From the NCBI RefSeq assembly GCF_020745735.1, contig NC_083412.1:58866320-58930319 (forward strand): a stretch of 64,000 nt of DNA, written 5' to 3'. Position numbers and translations under genes: made by a program. Under the pieces are notes generated by a model, which saw only the letters and a program-made list of their open reading frames with translations, made no database searches and had not been told where the DNA came from. Of this stretch, positions 25,827-36,945 are shown in pieces. Positions within the stretch are counted from its first letter, which is position 1. Each line of letters opens with the position of its first letter. This DNA comes from Hemiscyllium ocellatum (lineage: Eukaryota).

Positions 25827-27654
25827 GAAACATGAACCTAAGATAGTCTGTTATTCTCATTGGGCTTTTGTTTCATGATTTGAGTAGCTGCCATAATATT
25901 ACCTGGAGTGAACAAAATGATTCAGAGAGTTTTTATTACATGCTATATATCATTACTAGAGCAGTCACACTTAGCTTTAATTATATCTCTGTCCCGACTT
26001 TAGTAAAGATATAATTCAATGAGACACAATGGAATATCAAAAACCATAAAGTTATAGTTTTTAGTGTAGCAGTATTTGAATGGTACATTTACTGTGCATT
26101 TCAGCTAAAGTGAAATGTTGCTGCTAAATTTAGTACCTATCTGCTGTATTAAATCAGGATGATGGAGTTTTATCATTCAACAGCTGGATTTTACATTGTG
26201 GTGAGAACAGTGAAGATGAAATTTCTCTCCTGGTGCAGTTGAGAATGTTGTGGTCTTTTGTTATTTTGACACATTTCAGGATTTATACGTGGCTTTCCTT
26301 GCAGCTTTGACCTTAGCAAACCCAATGGAACAAAGGAAAATTCTAGCAGCAAATCTACGTTAAAGAATACTTATAGCTGATGGCATATGCAATGACATAG
26401 TACTGTGATAGCTGGACTCAGGTTATGTTATTTGACTGATGTGGTTTAGCAGCAGAGATGATGAGTAATCCTGAGAAACATTCTCTTTGTGCCTACTTGC
26501 TCCTGCAGTGGTATTGCTGCTGGCACTCCCTCAGCATGTCGGGCCATTTACTTGGGATTGGACTACACAGCTGCTGTGAGCTGGTGCTAACTCTGCATCA
26601 AAGCTTGACTCCAATGAGTCACCAGCATGACCAATTCCTGAAGGCCAGACTAATGGAGCGCTGACTATTATTATGACACCCTTGAAAGAGCCCACAGCAA
26701 CACTTAGGATCACTCTAAATGACAACCCAGACACCCTAGAGGTAGCATATACTCCAGACTCAAAATTATACTCAAGGTACAAACCATCCAGTAAATTGTC
26801 TGCTGTTCTTTTTTACAGTCTCAAAAGAGAAAAGCCTTGGATTTTACTAGCATTCTTAGGTTGACTTTGAGTCCAGGGGCTCTTAAAATAGCATGGGAAA
26901 GTGGAGGTTTATGTTTCCATCATCTTCTTAATGTCTTTTTGACAGTATGTAGAGTCATCTGATTGTCCTCCTCCCACCCAAAAGGGAATTGAGCCACTTA
27001 AGTGGATATTCAGTGGTCTCTTCTCACCACTGCTTCAACTTTACCAGATGTGGGTGGGCCTCTGCATCATGGGGAACCTGCACTTGGAGGAGTGCATAGG
27101 ACAAGAGGCGATGACCCAATTGGATGCTGTTGCCTCATTGATGGCCCCCGTCACACCACATTCACCCTCACCTTAGAAACAATAGTTATATCCATTACGT
27201 CAGTCCAACCAAACTCACTCCCTCACCAGGGCCTACCTGAATGGTCTCTGTGCTCCAGATTCCACTTATCTGATTAGACAACAATATCCTTCAATGGCAT
27301 CCCCTTCTTCCTGTACTGGGCACAGAAGGACTGAGTTCTGGCAGCTGACAAGGTGCAGCCCTCAGTCCCACACACTACAGCTTGCAGGTTGCTTCCTGCT
27401 TCAGGCCTATCAGCAGGAGTGCTGTTATGAGGCTATGCCCAACCCAATCTTGCTCATGTTAACACGGAGAGAATTTGGTGATCAGCAAGGATGCTACAGC
27501 CTGAGCAAAAATGAGGAAAAATTAAAAATGAATGCTTTGTAGATTCTAATGATAGATCCTCCTATTAATAAGTTTCCTGGCACTGCCTACATTTACAGTC
27601 TGACTAGTAGGTAGGAGTCACAAACAAGGGGCAAGAGGACACAGCTGGGGACCT

Positions 27655-28016
27655 GTGGCGGTGGCTTGGTGGCTCAGAGTGGTTAGCACTGCTGCCTCAC
27701 AGCACCAGGGACCCAGATTCAATTCCAGCCTCAGGCGACTGTCTGTGTGTAGTTTGTACTTTATTCCCGTGTCTGCTCTGGTTTCCTCAGGGTACTCTAG
27801 TTTCCTCCCATGAACTAAAGATGCATAAGTTAGGTGGATTTTGCCATGTTAAATTCCCCATCGTGTTCAGGACTGTGTAGGTTAGGTGTATTAGCCACAG
27901 GAAATCCAGGGTTATAAGGTAAGGGGATGGATCTGGGTGGTATGCTCTTTGGAGGGTCACTGTGGACTTGTTGGGCCGAATGGCCTTTTTCCACACTCTG
28001 GGGATTCTATGATTCT
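27655..28016 (+). mobile_element. HE1/V-SINE
   Basis: Same head, V-domain and tail as the other copies. Confidence 0.88.
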
Positions 28017-28814
28017 CTCTGATTAACCCAGTTGTTAATAACGGCCGAAGGCTCGACTGCATTCAGGGCTGGGGGATGCTGAAGGCTTTTTCTGGCCAAC
28101 AAGGAATATGACATGACTGGAGCAATACCATTGCTCTATTAACACATCTAACCTCTGATCTGCTGTAGGTTATCTGGAAATCCCGCATTCACTAATACCA
28201 GTAACTCTTCCACAATGCATCATGAGATCTGCCACTTATCTTCCCATTCCTGGAATGGAACTACAAAAACATAATTATTTGGATGTGATAAAGTGCTGTA
28301 AAGATGGAAGCCCTTTCATCTTTAAAGAAGGAAGTTGTGATATAGAATATGGAAACAATGTTAATAGTCAGTAGTGGATTAAAATGCAGTGCCAAATGTA
28401 AATGTTTAGTTGTGAAACTAGAGCACGTTATGTGTGACATAACTGAACATTGAAACAACATACTATATGTAAATTGAATACCTGAATTTTAAGTATTGTT
28501 AAAATACTTCTTTGGGATTGCTGACAAAAAGGACTTTCATGAGTGAATGACTTTCAACTAAACTGGAAAGTTTGTTTAATTTTTAGAATAAGTTCCACAT
28601 TGAATGCCATTTAGTCTTCATATAATGTAAGTTATATTCTGACTGCTTTTTGCTGCACAGTTGAAAATCGTGGAATTAAAACTTAAAGTTATCTTATCAG
28701 AAAAATTTGCTTAAAGTTCAGATTCCATTTTTAGGTTGGAAACATGAGCGCATACCATACAATGTTTCAAAGAATGCGATTGTTTCTAACTTGTTTTGTC
28801 TTTGTTTTTCCTAG

Positions 28815-29032
28815 GTGCTACTCTTCACTCAAAGGCTTGTGCATCATCATCTCTCTTCTACTTCATATTCATCTACCCATTTATAGTCATCCTAGCTCTT
28901 ATCGTTGTTGCACTTTATTTGTATTTGAGGCCAAAGAAACCACAGAAACCTATTAATGAAAAGAGCCTTTGGACACCAATAGAAACATTCATTGATGACC
29001 CTAAGAGTGAAGAAGAAGAAAATATAAAATAG
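28815..29032 (+). CDS. CD101: Terminal exon: stalk, transmembrane helix and cytoplasmic tail
   Basis: Acceptor TTTTCCTAG|GT. (G)ATLHSKACASSSLFYFIFIYPFIVILALIVVALYLYLRPKKPQKPINEKSLWTPIETFIDDPKSEEEENIK, stop TAG 29030-29032. The LFYF..YPF transmembrane start is typical of CD101/IGSF3. Confidence 0.93.
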
Positions 29033-31235
29033 CATTTCAATTTTGTTATTTTTTTTTAACTCACTATTGTTGCTATGGGAACTGTCATAAATAGCAGCAA
29101 GATATCCCTTGTGATTAAGAAAACAGTGGTGTCAGCCAAACAGAACATTAATTATCATTATCCTTTAAACTAGAATTGATAAACTTTGCTGAACAAGAAA
29201 TGTATAAATATGTTTTCATTAGTTTTGCTGTAATTTGTCAGAAAGCTCAGCTTCCCTCCTAGTTCAAACAACTTCACTTCATTCTTAGTTCCAGTTCATA
29301 TTATTGCAAACATTTAAGATTTGGGAGCCTTCTTTTCGTACTTTTCAGTTCCTAAATTTAAATTTAAAATGCATGTCATTTTTTTTATCATGAAGATTTT
29401 CTTTTCAACCCTTTCCATGTATTGAAATTATTGCAGCCAATGTCCCAAATCCAGAGCACCTGTAACTTTAAAGTAAGAAAATAAGCAGAGTATTAGATTC
29501 TAAAAACCTATCAGGCCAAGCTCTGAAAAGCAATGTGATGTTATCTTAGAATTTGTGCTCAGGATTGGACTTGTCAAAAATGCTGCATCAGCAGAGAACA
29601 ATTAGTTATTCAGTATCTAGAAAGTGATTGGCGGACACACCATTATATATAGTAAACAGCTTTGTCATTGGGATACAAAGTAGTTGTCTAAACCTTAGAG
29701 ATGATGCAGAGTTGTTTACTCTTACTACAGTATGAGACTGGATTCATTTTTATTTATTCATTCTTATAATGAGGTGGCTGAAATAACACCTCATTGAAAT
29801 ACATAAGAGTGCAAAAAGTATGGGATGAAAGAACATCATTCAAATCTCAACAACAACAATTACTACAAAGGAAGAGAAATGTATTTAAGTGATTTTTGAA
29901 AAGTTTTTGGAAGTTCTTCTTGCAAAAAATAGTCAACGTTTTTAATATAATTTTGAATGCTGGTTTAATGCTGAAAAATGGAATGGTTATCGTGGGGTTT
30001 CAAATGGCCTGTTGGAATGGTTTTCATCAAATGAATATGGTATGTGAATTTAGATGTATTAATTACATTGGCAGACCAGAAAGAAGCTATTTAAAATTTG
30101 TTTCTGAAAGATAAAGTCAGGATGTGACGGGAGACAGGGTTTAAAAAAATATGCACCAAGCAAAAGTGTGTTGTAGTGAAGGGCAGATGCTCAGCTATTC
30201 AAGAAATTGTCAAAATTTCTGGGACCAGGACTAGACTTTACTGAGACAGTATTATGTGTGACAGTGTGTAGGTCTGTGCAGTTGGAGTCAGAATGTTTAT
30301 AAGCTTCTCTGATGGCATTTATTTAGCCATGCATGAGGAAACAGATTTTTTTAAAAAGACTTATTTTAGGTGAATATGGTAATAAGGGATTCTGATATTT
30401 AAGGTTTATACTAGAAATGAAAAAGGGGATAACAGAGAGTTTTGTTTTCACATTTTCATTGATTTTATAGCTTTTTAGTGTTTATACCTGTTTTGGCATA
30501 GTTTAGCATTATTACAACAAGGGAATATTTGTGTGCAGTCAGATATATTGCATGCAGAATGACCAAATATTTAACTAAAGTTGGACCAGTTACCAGAATT
30601 CAGCAAAACAAGAAGATTGCTAAACAATGGGGTAGGAAAAGGAGTTTGAAACATTTGTTGCAGTTCAGGAGTTGCAAGGTTATAGACTCCTCTGCCAGCT
30701 ACCATTCCAGTGTGAAATACATTATTGGTAATTACTTTCAAAACACTCCAAATGAACTATTTTAGCCACAAAATGCTCTAAGATGATCAAAGGCATGTCA
30801 GGGAAGGCATTTTCAGCTGGCATTGAAGTGCCATGGTCCAAACAACTGTCATTAATGAGAAGGATGGCCTAGTGATTTTATCGCTAGGCTATTAAACCTG
30901 AGACCTGGGAAATGACCAAGGGAGCCACGATCAAATCCCACCATGCCAGCTGGTGAAGCTTGAATTCAAAAAAAGAAAATTACGGAATTAAGAGTCTAAC
31001 TATCGATTGTTGAAAAGATCTATCTGGTTCATAATGTCTTTTTGGAAAGGAAACTGCTACCTTACCTAGTCTGGACCCCAGACACACAATAATATGGTTG
31101 ACTCTTAATTCCCTCTGGGAGAAAGTGAGGACTGCAGATGCTGGAGATCAGAGTTGAAAATGTGTTCCTGGAAAAGCGCAGCAGGTCAGGCAGCATCCAA
31201 GGAGCAGGAGAATCAACGTTTCGGGCATGAACCCT

Positions 31236-32307
31236 GAACAGTTCATTCACTTTACTAACACCTTCCACCCCGACCTCAAATTTACCTGGACCATCTCAGA
31301 TTCCTCCCTCCCCTTCCTAGACCTCTCCATTTTTATCTCGGGCGACTGAATCAACACGGACATTTACTATAAACCGACCGACTCCCACAGTTACCTAGAC
31401 TACACCTCCTCCCACCCTGGCCCCTGTAAAAACGCCATCCCATATTGCCAATTCCTTCATCTCCGCCACATCTGCTCCCAGGAGGACCAATTCCAATACT
31501 GAACAACCCAGATGGCCTCTTTCTTCAAAGACCGCAATTTCCCCCCAGACGTGGTCGACGATGCTCTCCACCGCATCTCCTCCACTTCCCGCTCCTCCGC
31601 CCTTGAGCCCTGCCCCTCCAATCACCACCAGGACAGAACCCCACTGGTCCTTACCTACCATCCCACCAACCTCCATATACATCGTATCATCCATCGTCAT
31701 TTCCGCCACCTCCAAACGGACCCCACCACCAGGGATATATTTTCCTTCCCTCCCCTATTAGCATTCCGAAAAGACTACTCCCTCCGTGACTCCCTCATCA
31801 GGTCCACACGCCCCACCAACCCAACCTCCACTCCCGGCACCTTCCCCTGCAACTGCAAGAAATGCAAAACTTGCGCCCACCCCCTCCCCTACTTCCCTCC
31901 AAGGCCCCAAGGGATCCTTCCATATCTGCCACAAATTCACCTGCATCTCCACACACATCATCTATTGCATCCCCTGCACCCGATGTGGCCTCCTCTACAT
32001 TGGGGAGACAGGCCGCCTACTTGTGGAAAGTTTCAGAGAACACCTCTGGGACGGCCGGACCAACCAACCCAACCACCCCGTGGATCAACACTTCAACTCC
32101 CCCTCCCACTCCACCAAGAACATGCAGGTCCTTGGTCTCCTCCATCACCAGACCATAGCAACACGACGGCTGGAGGAAGAGCACCTCATCTTCTGCCTAG
32201 GAACCCTCCAACCACAAGGGATGAACTCAGATTTCTCCAGTTTCCTCATTTCCCCTCCCCCCACCTTGTCTCAGTCCCAACCCTCGAACTCATCACCACC
32301 TTCCTAA
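31236..32307 (+). pseudogene. Disrupted PLE RT C-terminus and GIY-YIG endonuclease
   Basis: FTNTFHPDLKFTW...LPFLDL...TDIYYKPTDSHSYLDYTSSHP, linker CNCKKCKTC, and IIYCIPCTRCGLLYIGETGR...FREH. Two in-frame TGA (probably CGA decay) and a frameshift near 31880. Confidence 0.9.
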
Positions 32308-32459
32308 CCTGCAATCTTTTTCCTGACCCCTCTGCCCCCACCCCCACTCTAGCCTATCACCCTCACCTTCACCTCCTTCCACCTATCGCATCTCCAATGC
32401 CCCTCCCCCAAGTCCTTCCTCCCTACCTTTTATCTTAGCTTGCTGGACACACTTTCCTT

Positions 32460-32495
32460 ATTCCTGAAGAAGGGCTCATGCCCGAAATGTCGATT
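32460..32495 (+). ncRNA. Minimal type I hammerhead ribozyme, slightly decayed
   Basis: AUUC-CUGAAGA-A-GGGC-UCAU-GCCC-GAAA-UGUC-GAUU: core intact, U.G wobble in stem III, one U.U mismatch in stem I. Confidence 0.7.
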
Positions 32496-33525
32496 CTTCT
32501 GCTCCTTGGATGCTTGACTTGCTGCGCTTTTCTAGCAACACATTTTCAGCTCTTAATTCCCTCTGGGCAGTTATTGATGGGCAATACATGCTGGCCAAGC
32601 CAGCGATGCCCACCTGTGAATAATTTTTTTTAAAAAATGCGTGGAAAACTATACATGGACATGGCACAACTGAGAACCACTGCCTGTTCAAGTTTCCAAT
32701 TGGTAGACGGGACTTTCAAAGATGTACCATCTGATATAAGCCAATCAAAATAGTTAATGGTATTGAAGATCACTATTACCCTCAATTCCTTTAGGTCTGC
32801 CTCTTTCCAAGCTAGCATTGGAAGTACCTATAGTTTCTAGTTCTTCCTACAGTACTATAGACATTGGGTGAAAACAGTTTTGACATCAAGGACGTTGCAG
32901 CTGTCAAATAGCTGACCTCTGACAGTTGCCCTCCTTGTTCCTTCATGCCAAATAGCAACATCAAATCGATATTGGGTTGTAACAATTGAAACACGGTACA
33001 GACTTTAACTTGGCCTATCCATTGGGAAAGCAATGGTATCTCCCATTGCTGCTGCGACCTAACCTGACTCTACTTTACCTTCACAAGTAAGCAAAACCCT
33101 AGTTTAAAAATGTAACATATGAATGATCAGAGTAGGACTTGGTCAATTTTCTGCCCCCATGGAACTGGCGAAGTTTCACAAGGTATTAACCATTTGTCTC
33201 CGGTTCACCAACTGAACACATTTAAAGTGTGTCTTGAATTGGTCAAAGCCTTTTGCTGGTCATTAAAAGTTGTTCTTTATGTCTCCAAAAGACAGTATTG
33301 ACAGAAAAAAATTGATATTTTAAAATAGTTACCATCTAGGGGATCATGTACTGTTAAATAATCTCTAGATATTGCTACTTTTGGCTTTATATGAATGTAA
33401 GATTTGTTTTTTATAAATGATATATAGAGTAACCACCTTATGCTGGCAAGTTAATTCTTAATAGATAGGTCCATTTTGTACAGCTTATAATTTAAATTTC
33501 ACAAACATTCTTTTGTTTTTTTATG

Positions 33526-33531
33526 AATAAA
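33526..33531 (+). promoter_or_regulatory. Candidate polyadenylation signal of the Ig gene
   Basis: First canonical AATAAA found by manual scan after the stop codon, preceded by a U-rich tract. Variant hexamers occur earlier (e.g. ATTAAA at 30891). Confidence 0.4.
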
Positions 33532-36499
33532 TGCTGAAAATTCTATCTTACAAAGTTAAAGTTAAAATGAGAGCATGTTTGATTACTGTCACAGATTTGT
33601 GAGAGGATGGTAAGTGAGAAGGGACACATCAGCAAATTGGACCATTATTCCAATTTTGATTCTCTAATTGGGTACAGCTACTTGGAGTGAAATCTGCCTC
33701 ATTATATTAAGGAAAAGTACACTGAGTTTGCAGAGTGATTATATTGCAGAGTACTTCAATTATACAATGGTAAGCTGAAATGTTGCAATGCCAGCAACTG
33801 ATAGTAAATCCCTTAAAGTCAATGAAGGCTACAAATTACGTTTCCAAAACACAGCTGGTTTCAATATTGAGAGTGTGAAGATAACTGGGTGTCTGTTTCT
33901 AGTGACCTCTGGCACAACACACCACATTAGGAAAGATGGCACACAGTGGGCATCCTGTACTTGTGCCAGAAGCATGAAGCACATTGTCATTCAGTCAGAG
34001 CCTATTAGTTATGTTGCACCATTCTGGACCTCCAGCTCTTAAACATGCACAGATGAACTTGTGATTAGATGCAAAGCTTTGCTCCACATGAACACAGTAA
34101 AAGCCCCAGGATTGTCAGAGAATGTGATTTAGGGAAAAAAAAAGTGGATGGTCCTACTGCTGTAGCTTGTAATTTATATGAGATTGTGGGATGATAATGA
34201 AGTGAGATTTGCGAAGGAGCCTAAGGTACCATCATTCCAGATAGTTTCAGCAATGTCAGATACTGCAACCAACTGGTCCTGTAACCAGAATCTCTGCACC
34301 ACTCTCCTTGCATTGGCCTCTGTGCCAATCTGGATTCCCTTCAGACCTTCAATTGCTAAACCCCTCTGCAGAAAAAGATGCTATGTCTCTTCACCATTTT
34401 TAGGAAGGACCGCAGTGCTCCATCAGATAGCATGAAGGCCTTCTCTTTGTCTGCTGTTCCAATCCTCTCTTTATTGTGTGAAATGTTCTCTGATACTGTT
34501 GCTCTTTGGCTTTAAAGCAAGCCTGCACCCATGCTAGCTCTGTATAAACTGTCCCTACTGATAGACACCACAATCATGGAGATGATCAAGCAATGTAAAG
34601 TTTGCATGTTGTCTGCTTCACCACAATCCACCAAGATCATAACTGTGTGTTGCAATTCTCAAATGAGGCCACAAACGAGTCATACCAAGCTTTTAGCTCA
34701 CAATGCACACACTATTTCATCTGAAAAAGCCCCGCTTCCAGTTCCAGGTCAGACGTCTGACTCTTAGCTGTTTGGCAATGAGCTAAATAGCACGTGAACA
34801 GAACAGATGGATATTGCTACACTCAACCCTGTGAAGGATGAAAATAACTATTGAGAAAGCAAAATACAATTAACATCATTAGTAATGTCTTTCCACACTC
34901 CCAGTGGTACAGACCATTGTGCCCTTTGTTTTTCATAGTGTATTTCCTCCTCCTTTAAAATATTTGGATTCTGACTGAAATTGTGGGGGAGTTAATGAAC
35001 GTAATGCTTTGAGTACGTGCTTCTTACAGAATTGAGATCACACAACCTCTTTGCCCAGCAGCAAGGTTGGATTTAAAAAAAAGTGATTGTAGCTCTTAAC
35101 CATGGCTATAAGACTGAGGAAAAAGCATCAGGTAGTGCACACCAGGAAGCATGATTAATTTATTAATGTGGTATCACCGAATGACCTGAGCAAGGTATGA
35201 AATGAAGAAGGAAAAGCAAAACTTTAAGTGACAAATCAAGGAAATATTTGTTTCAAAATGTTGCTTTTTAATAGGTCAATATTTTAACAACTCACTGGTC
35301 CAGAAATCCTAGTGTTACTCCTATTAATCCTAGTGTTCCTCTTATTTCAAGGAACCATGCAATGTTGCATCCAATACAGAAAGAGACTATTCAGCCCCTT
35401 GTGGCTGCACTGCCTCTCTGCATAAGCAAGTTATCCAGCGACATTCTCCCACCTTCTCCCCAAAACCCTGTACATTGTTTTTTTTTTCAAATAGCTACCC
35501 AAATCCCTCTTGAAGATCTCAGTTGAACTCCCTCTAAAACACATTGAAGAAGATTTTCCATATGCCACTTCTGCATGTTTTACCAGTTAGTTTAAATCTA
35601 CGCCTTCACAGAGCTTTCACAAGTAGGCATGCTTTCTCCCAATCAATTCTGACCAGATCCCTCATGATTTTGAATATCCTATAAAACCTCCTTTCAGTAT
35701 TCTCCTCTCCAAGAAAATGGACTGGTCTTCTCCAATCTACCTTCATAACTTACGTTCTTTCATTTTTAGTGCAGTTTGGATTATTTAATAAATGATTTCT
35801 AATTGCACAATCACAAATAAACGTGGATATACTCTGAGGTTGGCAAATATAGGCTAGTGAGTACAATCAACGTGTGGGCCCCATCGAATGGTCAATGGGG
35901 AATATTGTTTGGTATGATCCACCAGCTGTTGAGACATATAGCCAATGTACCTGAAATCACTCTAGCACTGAAACTCATACCATTTTACTCATTTGTGTAG
36001 GAGGTAAAACATCTTTCTTGGTCTGACAGCAGCTAGCTATATCATGCTGCTATTTTGTGGTAACCCATAAGTGGTTTTCTCCACTAACAGGATACAAGGC
36101 GATAAATTTCGTAGACGGCTGGAAAGTCCGTAGATAACTTAGGGCAAATGAGTGTTAAGTTTACTTTTCAAATGATACCAAAATAACTGAAATGAAGCAA
36201 AAGTGAGCTCATGTTCAGTAAACAGCACAAAGTAAAGTGCAGTTACACTATACAGTCCCAGTACAGCTCATTGAACTTTGAACTCAAACTCAAATAGTCA
36301 TTGTGAGCCATATAAAATGGTCAGGTATCCATCTGACAGCTAATTTCACCCAATTAATTTTCCATTAGAGTCAAGAAAATTGAGTGCAAGCAGCTGCTGG
36401 CCAGTTATATTCACATCCTGTTTTGCTCCATTACCCAATTTCACACCTTTGGATCAGATGACCAACCACTGTGGAAAGACTGGGGGAAAACTGTGAAAA

Positions 36500-36945
36500 G
36501 AGTCCATTAAAGAGCAGATGTAGGCCATTCAACCCATAAGTTCCTGAAGAAGGGCTCATGCCCGAAACATCGATTCTTCTGCTCTTTGGATGCTGCCTGA
36601 CCTGCTGCACTTTTCCAGCAAAACATTTTCAGCTCCCATTCAACCCATAGTCTACATTCAAAGAGATAGTGGTTCATCTGATAATCCTCAACCCTGTTTT
36701 CCTGCACTTTCCCCACAACTGTTGATTCCTAGCAGATTACAAATCTTCAATAATTCTCTGTGGTTAAAAAAAATTCCACAGATCCACTATCCTTGAGAGA
36801 GAAAAAAACTTCCGATCTCTGTCTTAAATGTGCAACCCCAACCCCATGCTGAGCTTATTCCATCTGGTCCTAGATTCTCCCACAAGGAGAAACAACCTTT
36901 CTGTTATTACCCTGTCAAGTCGTCTAAGAATCCTACATGTTTCAA
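36500..36945 (-). mobile_element. CR1 3' fragment (host of the solo pLTR)
   Basis: Typical minus-strand CR1 3' UTR (TAGGCCATTCAACCCAT...GGTCCTAGATTCTCCCACAAG). Confidence 0.7.
36539..36635 (+). mobile_element. Solo PLE pLTR with 14-bp TSD and HHR at 36540-36575
   Basis: TSD CCATTCAACCCATA at 36525-36538 and 36636-36649. HHR GTTC-CTGAAGA-A-GGGC-TCAT-GCCC-GAAA-CATC-GATT. Confidence 0.88.

Larger units (their letters stand above)
31120..32549 (+). mobile_element. Penelope-like element: 5'-truncated RT thumb, GIY-YIG endonuclease and pLTR, with an inverted pLTR on the left
   Basis: TSD CTCTTAATTCCCTCTGGG at 31102-31119 and 32550-32567; inverted terminal repeats 31120-31233 and 32460-32549. Confidence 0.93.
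30860..32630 (+). mobile_element. DeuSINE (SacSINE1-like), split by the Penelope insertion at 31120-32549
   Basis: Deu-domain sequence ATCTGGTTCATAATGTC...GGAAAGGAAACTGC...GGTTGACTCTTAATTCCCTCTG resumes at 32568 with GGCAATACATGCTGGCC tail. Confidence 0.75.

Noticed and set aside
27002-27277. CCCLIDGPRH resembling the Harbinger GAIDGTH motif
   Set aside because: No other DDE motifs or terminal repeats were found; left as unclassified decayed sequence.
22846-28814. An eighth Ig exon, as in IGSF3
   Set aside because: No ORF with the C-W-C Ig pattern is present in intron 7 on the ORF track or by eye.
31512-32438. 308-aa ORF as an intact gene
   Set aside because: It is Penelope sequence that shifts out of frame near 31880; the Pro/His-rich remainder is the wrong frame.
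34174-34365. 64-codon open minus frame after a good acceptor (RGLAIEGLKGIQIG...)
   Set aside because: Only a weak donor (GTACCT), no recognised homology, and the length is within chance expectation.
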